NCBI GenBank assembly: GCA_035253925.1
Contig: DATFBI010000007.1
Location: forward strand, 1-24,000
Direction: 5' to 3'
DNA: 24,000 nt
DNA from: Propionibacteriaceae bacterium
GTDB lineage: Bacteria > Actinomycetota > Actinomycetes > Propionibacteriales > Propionibacteriaceae
The notes under the pieces were generated by a model that saw nothing but the letters and a program-made list of their open reading frames with translations, made no database searches and had not been told where the DNA came from. Each line of letters opens with the position of its first letter. Within the stretch, counting starts at the first letter, position 1. Positions 8,068-15,525 of the stretch are shown here, piece by piece. Both the position numbers and the translations under genes were made by a program.

Positions 8068-8997
8068 ATGGCGTCAGTTACCCCGCCGACTCTGGCTGGT
8101 GTGCGTGTCCGAGTGCCAGCCAAGATCAACCTTGCCTTGAAGGTAGGTGCACCACGCCCCGACGGATACCATCCGCTGGCCACCGTCTATCACGCGGTCT
8201 CGCTGTACGACGAGGTGGAGGCCACCTGGGCCAACTCCGACGAATTCAATGTGACGGTCTCAGGCGAGGGTGCTGATCAAGTTCCGCTTGATGACAGTAA
8301 TCTCGCTGTCCGTGCCGCCAGACTGCTTGCGCATCACTACGCACCGTACGAGTCACTTGGCGCAAGTTTGTCGATCAACAAGTCGATACCGGTAGCAGGT
8401 GGGCTGGCTGGTGGCTCTGCGAATGGTGCGGCCGCGCTGCTGGCCTGTGCGGTCCTGTGGGACCTCGACGTAAGCCCCGAGCAGCTGAGCGCGCTGGCGG
8501 GTGAACTGGGCAGCGATGTGCCGTTCGCGTTGCTGGGAGGTACCGCCGTCGGAAGCGGCCGTGGCGAGGAGGTGGCTCCGGCGCTGGCCCGCGGTACTTA
8601 CCACTGGGTGCTGACGTTCGGCCACCATGGGCTGTCGACCGCCGCCGTCTACCGGCACTTCGATGACCTCAGTCCCGGCGCGCCGCGGCCAAAGATTCCT
8701 GCTGATCTGATGAATGCCTTGCGTAGTGGTGATCCGAGGTTAGTGGGGGCAGCGCTCAGCAATGATCTTCAGCCAGCCACCTTAGACCTGCAGCCGCAAC
8801 TGCGTACCGTGCTGGAAACCGGACTGGAATATGGGGCACTGGGTGCTCTGGTATCAGGATCGGGTCCAACGTGTGCATTCCTCGTGGACGGGGAGTCGGC
8901 GGCGGTAGATCTTTCTGTGTCCCTGAGCGCCGAGGGTCTCTGCCGGGCGGTGCGACGCGCAACCGGTCCGGTGATGGGAGCTCGCGTGATCAGCTAG
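8068..8997 (+). CDS. ispE: 4-diphosphocytidyl-2-C-methyl-D-erythritol kinase
   Basis: VPAKINLALKVG, GYHPL and the GHMP-kinase loop PVAGGLAGGSANGAA. Follows rpfB-ksgA, as in mycobacteria. Confidence 0.92.
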   Translation: MASVTPPTLAGVRVRVPAKINLALKVGAPRPDGYHPLATVYHAVSLYDEVEATWANSDEFNVTVSGEGADQVPLDDSNLAVRAARLLAHHYAPYESLGASLSINKSIPVAGGLAGGSANGAAALLACAVLWDLDVSPEQLSALAGELGSDVPFALLGGTAVGSGRGEEVAPALARGTYHWVLTFGHHGLSTAAVYRHFDDLSPGAPRPKIPADLMNALRSGDPRLVGAALSNDLQPATLDLQPQLRTVLETGLEYGALGALVSGSGPTCAFLVDGESAAVDLSVSLSAEGLCRAVRRATGPVMGARVIS

Positions 8998-9012
8998 TGC
9001 GCTGTCGGCCCG

Positions 9013-9133
9013 AGCTGCGAGCGTCGGGAAATCGCGCACCGCCGTGCTGAGGTGGAGCGACCGGAGGCGCTTTTTCCTCTGCGAGCGACGACGAAGTAGG
9101 CGGATTCCACGTGCGATTGCGCGAGCAGCTCAA
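9013..9133 (+). repeat. intergenic structured repeat, copy 2 (~120 bp)
   Basis: About 91% identical to 5853-5973. Terminal hexamers AGCTGC (9013-9018) and GCAGCT (9125-9130) are exact complements. Central hairpin CGGAGG-CGCTTTTT-CCTCTG at 9062-9081. Confidence 0.9.
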
Positions 9134-9145
9134 GAAAAACGGGCG

Positions 9146-9655
9146 TCAGCGATCAGTGCCGTGGCGCGCGAGCAGCAACCGCAAACTGCTCGCCAGTTGA
9201 TCATGGTCTGCAGGGTCCAGGCCATCCACAATCCGACGCTCAGCCGCCATCAGTTCTGCCAATGTGGCGTCTACTGCCTCCCTGCCAGCATCGGTCAGTT
9301 GGACGAGAACACCGCGCCGATCGTCTGGGTGATCCTGCCTGGTAACAAAGCCTCGGTCGGCGAGCCGGTCTACCCGATTGGTCATCGTTCCCGATGTGAC
9401 AAGCGTTTCTCGAAGCAGCTGCCCAGGCGACAGCTGGTACGGCGGGCCAGAGCGGCGTAACGCAGCCAACACGTCGAACTCCCAGGACTCCAGGTGATGC
9501 GCGCTGAAGGCAGCCGCACGGAGACGGTCGAGATGGCGAGCCAGCCGGCTAATTCGGGACAGTACCTCCATCGGCGCAACATCTATATCGGGACGCTCAC
9601 GCCGCCACGCCTCCACAATGGTGTCGACCTCGTCCCGAGTCTGGTGGCCGGTCAC
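9146..9655 (-). CDS. MarR-family transcriptional regulator
   Basis: DEVDTIVEAWRRERPDIDVAPMEVLSRISRLARHLDR, then the winged-helix block LSPGQLLRETLVTSGTMTNRVDRLADRGFVTRQDHPDDRRGVLVQLTDAG. GTG 9655 was chosen. GTG 9718, which overlaps the MFS gene by 23 nt, is the alternative. Confidence 0.85.
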   Translation of the reverse strand: MTGHQTRDEVDTIVEAWRRERPDIDVAPMEVLSRISRLARHLDRLRAAAFSAHHLESWEFDVLAALRRSGPPYQLSPGQLLRETLVTSGTMTNRVDRLADRGFVTRQDHPDDRRGVLVQLTDAGREAVDATLAELMAAERRIVDGLDPADHDQLASSLRLLLARHGTDR

Positions 9656-9695
9656 ATCCGGGAGCCTAGACGTGAAGAGTCTTGACGTCGAGATT

Positions 9696-10916
9696 TCAGC
9701 CCGGATCGTGCATCGCACCGGATTGGCGTTGGCTGAGGCCTACGTCGCTACTCGGCATGATAGATGCCAAGGCGATGATCCCCACACAGAGCAATGCAGG
9801 CACAGCCATAGCGTGATGGATCCCAAGCTGATTGATCAGAAAACCCACAAAAGCCGGGCCGATCAAGAACGCGGCGTAGCCGAAGGTCACAACCATAGCG
9901 AGCGCTCTGCCGCCGCCGATGTGCCCCGAGAGCGCATAGACCTGCGGTGCGATCATGCCAACGCCGAAGCCGACCAGAGCCCAACCAAGTACTAGCAAGG
10001 GCAGGCTGCTCACCAGCGTGACTGTCAAATAGCCGAGAGCTGCGCACAGGCCACCAAAACGTACGACCGCTCGTCGCCCGAAACGGGCAACCAGCCGATC
10101 GCCGAGCAGGCGGATCACAACCATGAAGGCGCTGACGGCAATCAGGCCGAGCGCACCGGTGGTCGGGTCGACGCCGGCGACGTCGGTGACATGGAGGGAC
10201 GACCAATCGAGGGCTGTGCCCTCGCAGAGACCAAAGGCCAGCGCCATGACGGCCAGCACCCACGCCACCGCGGGTATCCGAGTCCGTACCCCATCGACTG
10301 TGTGATGTACTACCGCCGCCTCGGGCGTGATCTTGAGCAAGACGCCCAAGGACACCAACGTCAGCACCGCCAGTGAGACGGACAGTGGCATAACAATGTC
10401 ACCGCCCTTCAGGCCAAGCACAGCGGCAAGCAGCAGCACAGCTCCTGCTCCGATGAAGTTGCCGACCGACCAGAAAGCGTGGAAGAAGCTCATGATCGGC
10501 CGTTCCCGAGCCGCCTCCACTTGCACGCCCATGGCGTTCATCGCGACATCCATCGCTCCATTCCCAAGCCCGACGAGAATGCTGCCGACGATCGCAAAGG
10601 GATAGACCTGCGCCAATCCGATGGTGAGCATCCCGAGACTGAGGAGCGGCACAGCGCCCAGGGTGATCTCGCGGGCGCCGATGGCGTCGGCCAGTCGGCC
10701 GCCGATTTGCATGGACAGGATCGCCGCAGCTCCACCGCAGAAGAGCATGATCGCAATCTGAGTGGCGTCCAAGCCGAGTTTGTCGCGCAGCGACGGGAGA
10801 GCACCGCCGAAGCCGCCGATTACCGCGCCGTTAACGACGAACATCAACGTCACCGCGATGGCAGCTAGTCGGGTCGAGAGCCGGCTAGTGACAACAGCAG
10901 AAGTAGTCAATTCCAA
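9696..10916 (-). CDS. MFS transporter
   Basis: 406-aa ORF that is hydrophobic throughout, about 12 predicted helices by eye, with GGRLADAIGAR-type loop 2-3 and LGDRLVARFGRR loop 8-9 motifs. TTG start at 10916 (or TTG 10910) with a weak RBS. Confidence 0.85.
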   Translation of the reverse strand: MELTTSAVVTSRLSTRLAAIAVTLMFVVNGAVIGGFGGALPSLRDKLGLDATQIAIMLFCGGAAAILSMQIGGRLADAIGAREITLGAVPLLSLGMLTIGLAQVYPFAIVGSILVGLGNGAMDVAMNAMGVQVEAARERPIMSFFHAFWSVGNFIGAGAVLLLAAVLGLKGGDIVMPLSVSLAVLTLVSLGVLLKITPEAAVVHHTVDGVRTRIPAVAWVLAVMALAFGLCEGTALDWSSLHVTDVAGVDPTTGALGLIAVSAFMVVIRLLGDRLVARFGRRAVVRFGGLCAALGYLTVTLVSSLPLLVLGWALVGFGVGMIAPQVYALSGHIGGGRALAMVVTFGYAAFLIGPAFVGFLINQLGIHHAMAVPALLCVGIIALASIMPSSDVGLSQRQSGAMHDPG

Positions 10917-11135
10917 TTTCTGTATCGATTTAGAAGGCCGATTTCCACTGTACGCAACATCCTCGGAGATCGCAAAGGCCGCTAGGCGCTGACCTGGAAT
11001 GCAGGTCCACCGCGCGATGCGTACGCTTGGCTCTGGCCGATCGAAGGGTTGGTCAGCGTGTGGGCGAACCGGTCTCTATTCGAAACCAGCGGCTCGGAAC
11101 CGAGCTCAGGGTGGGAAGATTGGCCGGGCCCACAT

Positions 11136-11214
11136 TCCCCGGTTGGTCTGTCGGCAGGGCCCGCCTGACTTTGAATCAGGACTAGCGACGTAGGTTCGAC
11201 TCCTACCCGGGGAG
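11136..11214 (+). tRNA. tRNA-Gln (anticodon UUG), with an unusually long variable region
   Basis: Acceptor TCCCCGG (11136-11142) pairs with CCGGGGA (11207-11213). Anticodon arm CCTGA-CTTTGAA-TCAGG (11164-11180) gives anticodon TTG. T arm GTAGG-TTCGACT-CCTAC (11190-11206). U1:A72 plus G73 fit glutamine identity. CCA is not encoded. The variable region ACTAGCGAC is 9 nt, versus the usual 4-5. Confidence 0.7.
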
Positions 11215-11246
11215 CGGAGCGTCCTCAGCTAGTAAGGAGCCAGCTG

Positions 11247-12701
11247 TTGTCCGTTCACTCCGACCAGGCCCCAAGCCCGGTCGCTGTCATTATCTTGGCC
11301 GCGGGCGAGGGGAAGCGGATGAAGTCCTCGCGTTCCAAGCTTTTGCACGAGATCGCCGGTCATTCCATGCTGAGTTACGCGGTGACGGCTGCAACGGAGG
11401 TGCAGCCAGAACACGTGGTCGTCGTTGTGGGCCATCTGCGTGATCAGGTGGAAGCGCATCTCGCGGAGATCGCGCCACATGTATTGATCGCGGTACAAGA
11501 TCAACAGCTCGGCACCGGCCATGCCGTTGAGGTTGCGCTCGGCCAGTTGGCAGATCTGAACGGCGACGTGATCGTCACCATGGGCGATGTACCGATGCTT
11601 ACCGGTGACACTCTCGCGGCACTGCTCGAGGAGCACCGGGCCCACCAAGCCGTGGTCACCGTGCTAACCGCGGAGGTTCCAGACCCTACCGGGTACGGCC
11701 GGATCATCCGCGACGCGAATGGAATGGTGAGCGGCATTGTCGAGCATCGAGATGCCGATGACGTCCAGCGACAAATCAACGAGATCAACTCTGGGATCTA
11801 TGTCTTCGACGGCGCGGCATTGCGAGCCGCACTAACCGAACTCACACCGACTAATGATCAAGGCGAGTTGTATCTCAGTGACGTGCCGGCCGTGGTACGT
11901 CGAACCGGCAAACCGGTGGCTGCGCTGTTGATCGACGACTTATGGCAGACCGAGGGCGTCAATGACAGGCTCCAGCTATCTCAGCTGAACGCCGAGGTGA
12001 ACCGTCGCATTCTGCAGCGCTGGATGCGCGAAGGCGTGACAGTGATAGACCCAGCAACGACCTGGGTACACGCCTCAGTTGATCTTGCACCTGATGTGAT
12101 CTTGCTGCCCGGCACCTCGCTGGAGGGGGCTACCTCAGTCGCGGCAGGGGCCCGGATCGGCCCGGACACGATGCTGATTGACGTAGAAGTGGGCGAGAAC
12201 GCGGTGGTCACGCGAACCCAGGCCTCGCTAAGCGTGATCGGACCCGGCGCCAATGTCGGTCCGTTCGCCTATCTTCGGCCGGGTACCACACTCGGTGCTG
12301 GGGGAAAGATCGGCACCTTCGTGGAAGCCAAGAACGCTCGCATCGGAGCCGGGGCCAAAGCTCCGCATCTCAGCTATCTGGGTGATGCAGTGATCGGTGA
12401 GGGTGCCAATATCGGAGCGGGCGTGATCTTCGCGAACTACGACGGGGTACGCAAATCCACTACAACGGTTGGGGCGTACGCCTTCGTTGGCAGTAACTCG
12501 GTACTTGCCGCACCAGTGGAGGTAGCCGACGGCGCGTACATCGCAGCCGGCTCCACGATCACTGGAGACGTCGGACCTGGTGATCTTGGGGTGAGCCGGA
12601 GCCGGCAGCGCAATGTGCCCGGTTGGGTGGCGCGCAAGCGGGCTGGCACCAAAACCGCGCGAGCCGCCGAGGCAGCGCTTGAGCAAAAGGAGCCGTCGTG
12701 A
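11247..12701 (+). CDS. glmU: bifunctional UDP-N-acetylglucosamine pyrophosphorylase / glucosamine-1-phosphate N-acetyltransferase
   Basis: LAAGEGKRMKS nucleotidyltransferase motif, a C-terminal left-handed beta-helix hexapeptide region, and NYDG. TTG 11247 is preceded by AAGGAG (11234-11239) with a 7-nt spacer. Confidence 0.95.
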   Translation: MSVHSDQAPSPVAVIILAAGEGKRMKSSRSKLLHEIAGHSMLSYAVTAATEVQPEHVVVVVGHLRDQVEAHLAEIAPHVLIAVQDQQLGTGHAVEVALGQLADLNGDVIVTMGDVPMLTGDTLAALLEEHRAHQAVVTVLTAEVPDPTGYGRIIRDANGMVSGIVEHRDADDVQRQINEINSGIYVFDGAALRAALTELTPTNDQGELYLSDVPAVVRRTGKPVAALLIDDLWQTEGVNDRLQLSQLNAEVNRRILQRWMREGVTVIDPATTWVHASVDLAPDVILLPGTSLEGATSVAAGARIGPDTMLIDVEVGENAVVTRTQASLSVIGPGANVGPFAYLRPGTTLGAGGKIGTFVEAKNARIGAGAKAPHLSYLGDAVIGEGANIGAGVIFANYDGVRKSTTTVGAYAFVGSNSVLAAPVEVADGAYIAAGSTITGDVGPGDLGVSRSRQRNVPGWVARKRAGTKTARAAEAALEQKEPS

Positions 12702-13675
12702 GCGGTCTCAAGCGCCCGAACGACAAGCATTTAATGCTGTTCTCGGGCCGGGCGCATCCCGATCTAGCGAACGAAGTCGCGCAGTTGATGAAGGTCGAGC
12801 TCGTTCCGACGCGCGCGATTACGTACGCCAATTCCGAGATCTATGTGCGATTCGATGAGTCGGTGCGCGGTTGCGACGCCTTTGTGATCCAAAGCCACGC
12901 TGCCCCGGTCAATGAGTGGACCATGGAGCAGTTGATCATGGTGGATGCTCTGAAGCGGGCATCGGCCAAGCGAATCACCGTTGTTGCGCCGTTTTACCCC
13001 TACGCCCGACAGGACAAGAAGCACCGTGGTCGCGAGCCGATTTCGGCGCGGCTGATCGCAGATTTGTTCCATACAGCCGGCGCCCACCGGATTATGTCGG
13101 TGGACTTACACGCGGCGCAGATTCAAGGCTTCTTCGATGGTCCGGTTGATCATCTGTGGGCGCTTCCGGTGCTCTCGGATTACCTGGTGAGCAAGTACGA
13201 CACGTCCGAAATGACTGTTGTCTCGCCGGACGCGGGCAGGGTGCGGGTAGCCGACATGTGGACCGACAGGCTGAACTGCGCGCTGGCGATCATCCACAAA
13301 CGCCGGGACCCGAACGTGGTCAACACAGTTGCCATCCACGAAGTCGTTGGCGAGGTGGAAGGGCGAGTCTGCTTGCTCGTCGACGACATGATCGACACCG
13401 CCGGCACTATCTGCCAAGCTGCCGAGGCGTTGAAGGCACGCGGCGCAAAGGCGGTCATCGCGGCGGCCACTCATCCTGTGCTCTCTGGGCCAGCCATCGA
13501 CCGGCTGAAAGCAACAGAGTTCGAGGAAGTGATCGTCACCAATACCTTGCCGATCCCCGAGGAGCGCCGCTTCGATTCGCTCACTGTCTTATCGATTGCG
13601 CCCTTGATCGCACGAGCGATCCGTGAGGTGTTCGAGGAGGGCTCGGTTACCAGCCTCTTCAACGGGCAGGCGTAG
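12698..13675 (+). CDS. prs: ribose-phosphate diphosphokinase (PRPP synthetase)
   Basis: LFSGRAHPDLA, YARQDKK and the PRPP-binding loop LLVDDMIDTAGT. The GTG start overlaps the glmU stop as GTGA (12698-12701). Confidence 0.95.
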   Translation: MSGLKRPNDKHLMLFSGRAHPDLANEVAQLMKVELVPTRAITYANSEIYVRFDESVRGCDAFVIQSHAAPVNEWTMEQLIMVDALKRASAKRITVVAPFYPYARQDKKHRGREPISARLIADLFHTAGAHRIMSVDLHAAQIQGFFDGPVDHLWALPVLSDYLVSKYDTSEMTVVSPDAGRVRVADMWTDRLNCALAIIHKRRDPNVVNTVAIHEVVGEVEGRVCLLVDDMIDTAGTICQAAEALKARGAKAVIAAATHPVLSGPAIDRLKATEFEEVIVTNTLPIPEERRFDSLTVLSIAPLIARAIREVFEEGSVTSLFNGQA

Positions 13676-13687
13676 TTGAATGGGCTT

Positions 13688-13920
13688 GTCTGCTCGCGCA
13701 ATGTTTGATTGCTCGCTCCGCTCCCGAGGATCGCGCCATGAGGCCGCCGACTTCCTCTCTCGCTCGCAGACGAAAAGCGTGTCTGCTCCGTTCGTTCGTC
13801 CAGAACAGCGGCGCGATCCTGCGCGCTTTGGATCCGCCTAGTTCGTAGCTCGCACAGGAAAGGCGTCCCTGCTCCCTCCTCCTCAGCATGGCGGCGCGCG
13901 ATTTACCGACGCTCGCAGAC
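13688..13920 (-). repeat. composite (internally reiterated) inverted copy of the intergenic structured repeat
   Basis: Read on the minus strand it opens GTCTGCGAGCGTCGGTAAATCGCGC...CATGCTGAGGAGGAGGGAGC, matching the first ~90 nt of copies 1 and 2. It then repeats the hairpin-to-right-end half and closes with TTGCGCGAGCAGAC. It carries two hairpins (+ coordinates 13852-13872 and 13766-13786). Confidence 0.8.
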
Positions 13921-14095
13921 ATAGATTTCTCTCTGCTTTCCGGCGAGTTGGCCACTATTGGGCGTTGTCGGCTAAGGTTGAGCGGTTGCCTCGGCGAGGG
14001 TCGCAGGACCGTGATCGACTAGGTCGATGCGAACTGCGTCCCCCTCGCTGAGTCCTGATCGAGACCGCTGACGTAAGTTCCGAGGAGTTCGTTTC

Positions 14096-14752
14096 GTGCC
14101 CGAGGTAAAGCTGACAGCCGAACTGCGTACGGAGTTCGGCAAGGGCGCCGCCCGCCGGATCCGTCGCGCGCACAAAGTGCCCGCCGTGTTGTACGGCCAC
14201 GGCACTGCCCCGATTCACATTTCCCTGCCCGGTCACGAGACCCTCTTGGCGTTGCGTACCGCCAATGCACTGCTGTCAATCGAGGTCGACGGCAGTTCCC
14301 AGCTCGCACTGCCGAAGCAAGTCCAGCGTGACCCGCTGAAGCACACCATTGAGCATGTTGATCTAGTGATCGTCCGCCGCGGTGAAAAGGTGACCGTTGA
14401 TGTGCCCGTGCACGTCGAAGGCGAGGCCGGCCCAGACACCCTGGTCGTTGTTGATCACAACACTGTGCCAGTGGAGGCCGAGGCAACCCACATCCCGCAG
14501 CAGATCGTCGTTTCGGTCGGGGATCTACCGCCTGGTACCCAAATCCTTGCCCGTGACCTTGTGCTTCCGTCTGGTTCGTCCATCGATCTTGATCCCGAGA
14601 CCTTGATCGTCAACGTTACGAATGCGCCGACTGCCGAGGCTCTGGAAGCGGAGCTGGCCGAGGCCGAGGCGGAGGCCGGAATCGAGCCGACCATGGCTGC
14701 GCCTGCCGAGCCGACCGCGGATGAGGCGCCTGCCGAGTCCGAGACCGCCTAG
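14096..14752 (+). CDS. rplY: 50S ribosomal protein L25 / general stress protein Ctc (long form)
   Basis: N-terminus L.AELRTEFGKGAARRIRRAHKVPAVLYGHG, then the Ctc beta-barrel domain and an acidic Ala/Glu/Pro tail. GTG 14096 is preceded by GAGGAG. Confidence 0.9.
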   Translation: MPEVKLTAELRTEFGKGAARRIRRAHKVPAVLYGHGTAPIHISLPGHETLLALRTANALLSIEVDGSSQLALPKQVQRDPLKHTIEHVDLVIVRRGEKVTVDVPVHVEGEAGPDTLVVVDHNTVPVEAEATHIPQQIVVSVGDLPPGTQILARDLVLPSGSSIDLDPETLIVNVTNAPTAEALEAELAEAEAEAGIEPTMAAPAEPTADEAPAESETA

Positions 14753-14770
14753 CTGCCAGTTGCGGATGCC

Positions 14771-15355
14771 ATGACCGCATGGCTGGTCGTTGGCCTGGGC
14801 AATCCCGGTCCGGCCTTCGCCTCGCACCGGCACAACGTCGGTTACCGGGTGGCAGAGGAACTGGCCCGACGGCTTGGCGTGCGGTTCCGGGTCGCGCGGG
14901 GAATACGGGCAGAGGTCGCAGAAGGCAGGATCGGACCGCCGGGAGCTGATGGCCCGCGGCTGATTGTGGCCAAGTCACGAACGTTCATGAACGAGACGGG
15001 CTGGGCCGTGACACGATTGCTTGCCTATTACAAGCTCCAGCCGTCGCAGATGATCGTGGTGCACGATGAGCTCGACATCGACCCAGGCCAGCTGCGGGTT
15101 AAGTTCGGTGGTGGTGACAACGGCCACAATGGCTTGAAGTCGATCCGCACCGCCCTCGGTACCGGTGACTTCTATCGGGTACGCATTGGCGTCGGGCGTC
15201 CGCCTGGCCGGCAGGATCCGGCCGATTTTCTGCTTAGCGACATCCCGCCCAGCGCGCGGGAGGCCGTTGCGGAGGAAATCGACCGGGCCGCGGACGCGGT
15301 CGAATCGCTCGTTGCGGTCGGGCTCGATAGAACACAGAACACCTTCAACACCTGA
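14771..15355 (+). CDS. pth: peptidyl-tRNA hydrolase
   Basis: WLVVGLGNPGP...HRHNVG, FMNETG, VVHDELD and GGDNGHNGLKS motifs. Confidence 0.93.
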   Translation: MTAWLVVGLGNPGPAFASHRHNVGYRVAEELARRLGVRFRVARGIRAEVAEGRIGPPGADGPRLIVAKSRTFMNETGWAVTRLLAYYKLQPSQMIVVHDELDIDPGQLRVKFGGGDNGHNGLKSIRTALGTGDFYRVRIGVGRPPGRQDPADFLLSDIPPSAREAVAEEIDRAADAVESLVAVGLDRTQNTFNT

Positions 15356-15371
15356 GCCCTTCTGGTGGCGA

Positions 15372-15391
15372 AACCTACGTTCACGTAGGTT
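15372..15391 (+). terminator. perfect 9+9 palindrome just after the pth stop; possible hairpin terminator (no U-tract)
   Basis: AACCTACGT-TC-ACGTAGGTT. As RNA this gives an 8-bp stem with a TTCA loop, 17 nt after the TGA at 15353-15355. The downstream sequence is not T-rich, so the function is uncertain. Confidence 0.3.
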
Positions 15392-15394
15392 GCT

Positions 15395-15487
15395 CACGGT
15401 CTGCACAGGTTGCAACCGATGCAGACCGTCAGCAACCTGTGCAGACCCTGCGATGCTTGCGCGATGCTTGGGCCTGCGCAGACCGTG
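15395..15487. repeat. cluster of TGCAGACC / AGGTTGC motifs in both orientations, including a perfect 16-bp inverted repeat
   Basis: GGTCTGCACAGGTTGC (15398-15413) is the exact reverse complement of GCAACCTGTGCAGACC (15432-15447). Further GCAGACC(G/C)T copies lie at 15421-15429, 15441-15449 and 15478-15486. Tandem GCGATGCTTG lies at 15450-15459 and 15461-15470. Confidence 0.85.
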
Positions 15488-15525
15488 AGGAAGAAGAAAC
15501 CCGCCCAAGCCGGTAACCTCTCTGG

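Noticed and set aside
10999-11193. 64-aa ORF in the MFS/tRNA intergenic region
   Set aside because: It overlaps the tRNA-Gln gene on the same strand and has no RBS, so it is likely spurious.
9146-11214. Genomic island integrated at tRNA-Gln
   Set aside because: There is no integrase or recombinase, I noticed no direct repeat of the tRNA 3' end elsewhere in the window, and there is no visible compositional shift. The cassette lies upstream, not downstream, of the tRNA.
14620-14752. Acidic Ala/Glu/Pro-rich tail of Ctc as a possible separate or unusual element
   Set aside because: Long low-complexity C-terminal tails are usual for the actinobacterial long-form L25/Ctc. It is in frame and continuous with the domain.
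15372-15487. Possible CRISPR-like array, given recurring GCAGACC-containing motifs
   Set aside because: The repeats are only 7-16 bp, occur in both orientations, have irregular 1-37 bp spacing and lack uniform spacers. No cas genes are in the window.
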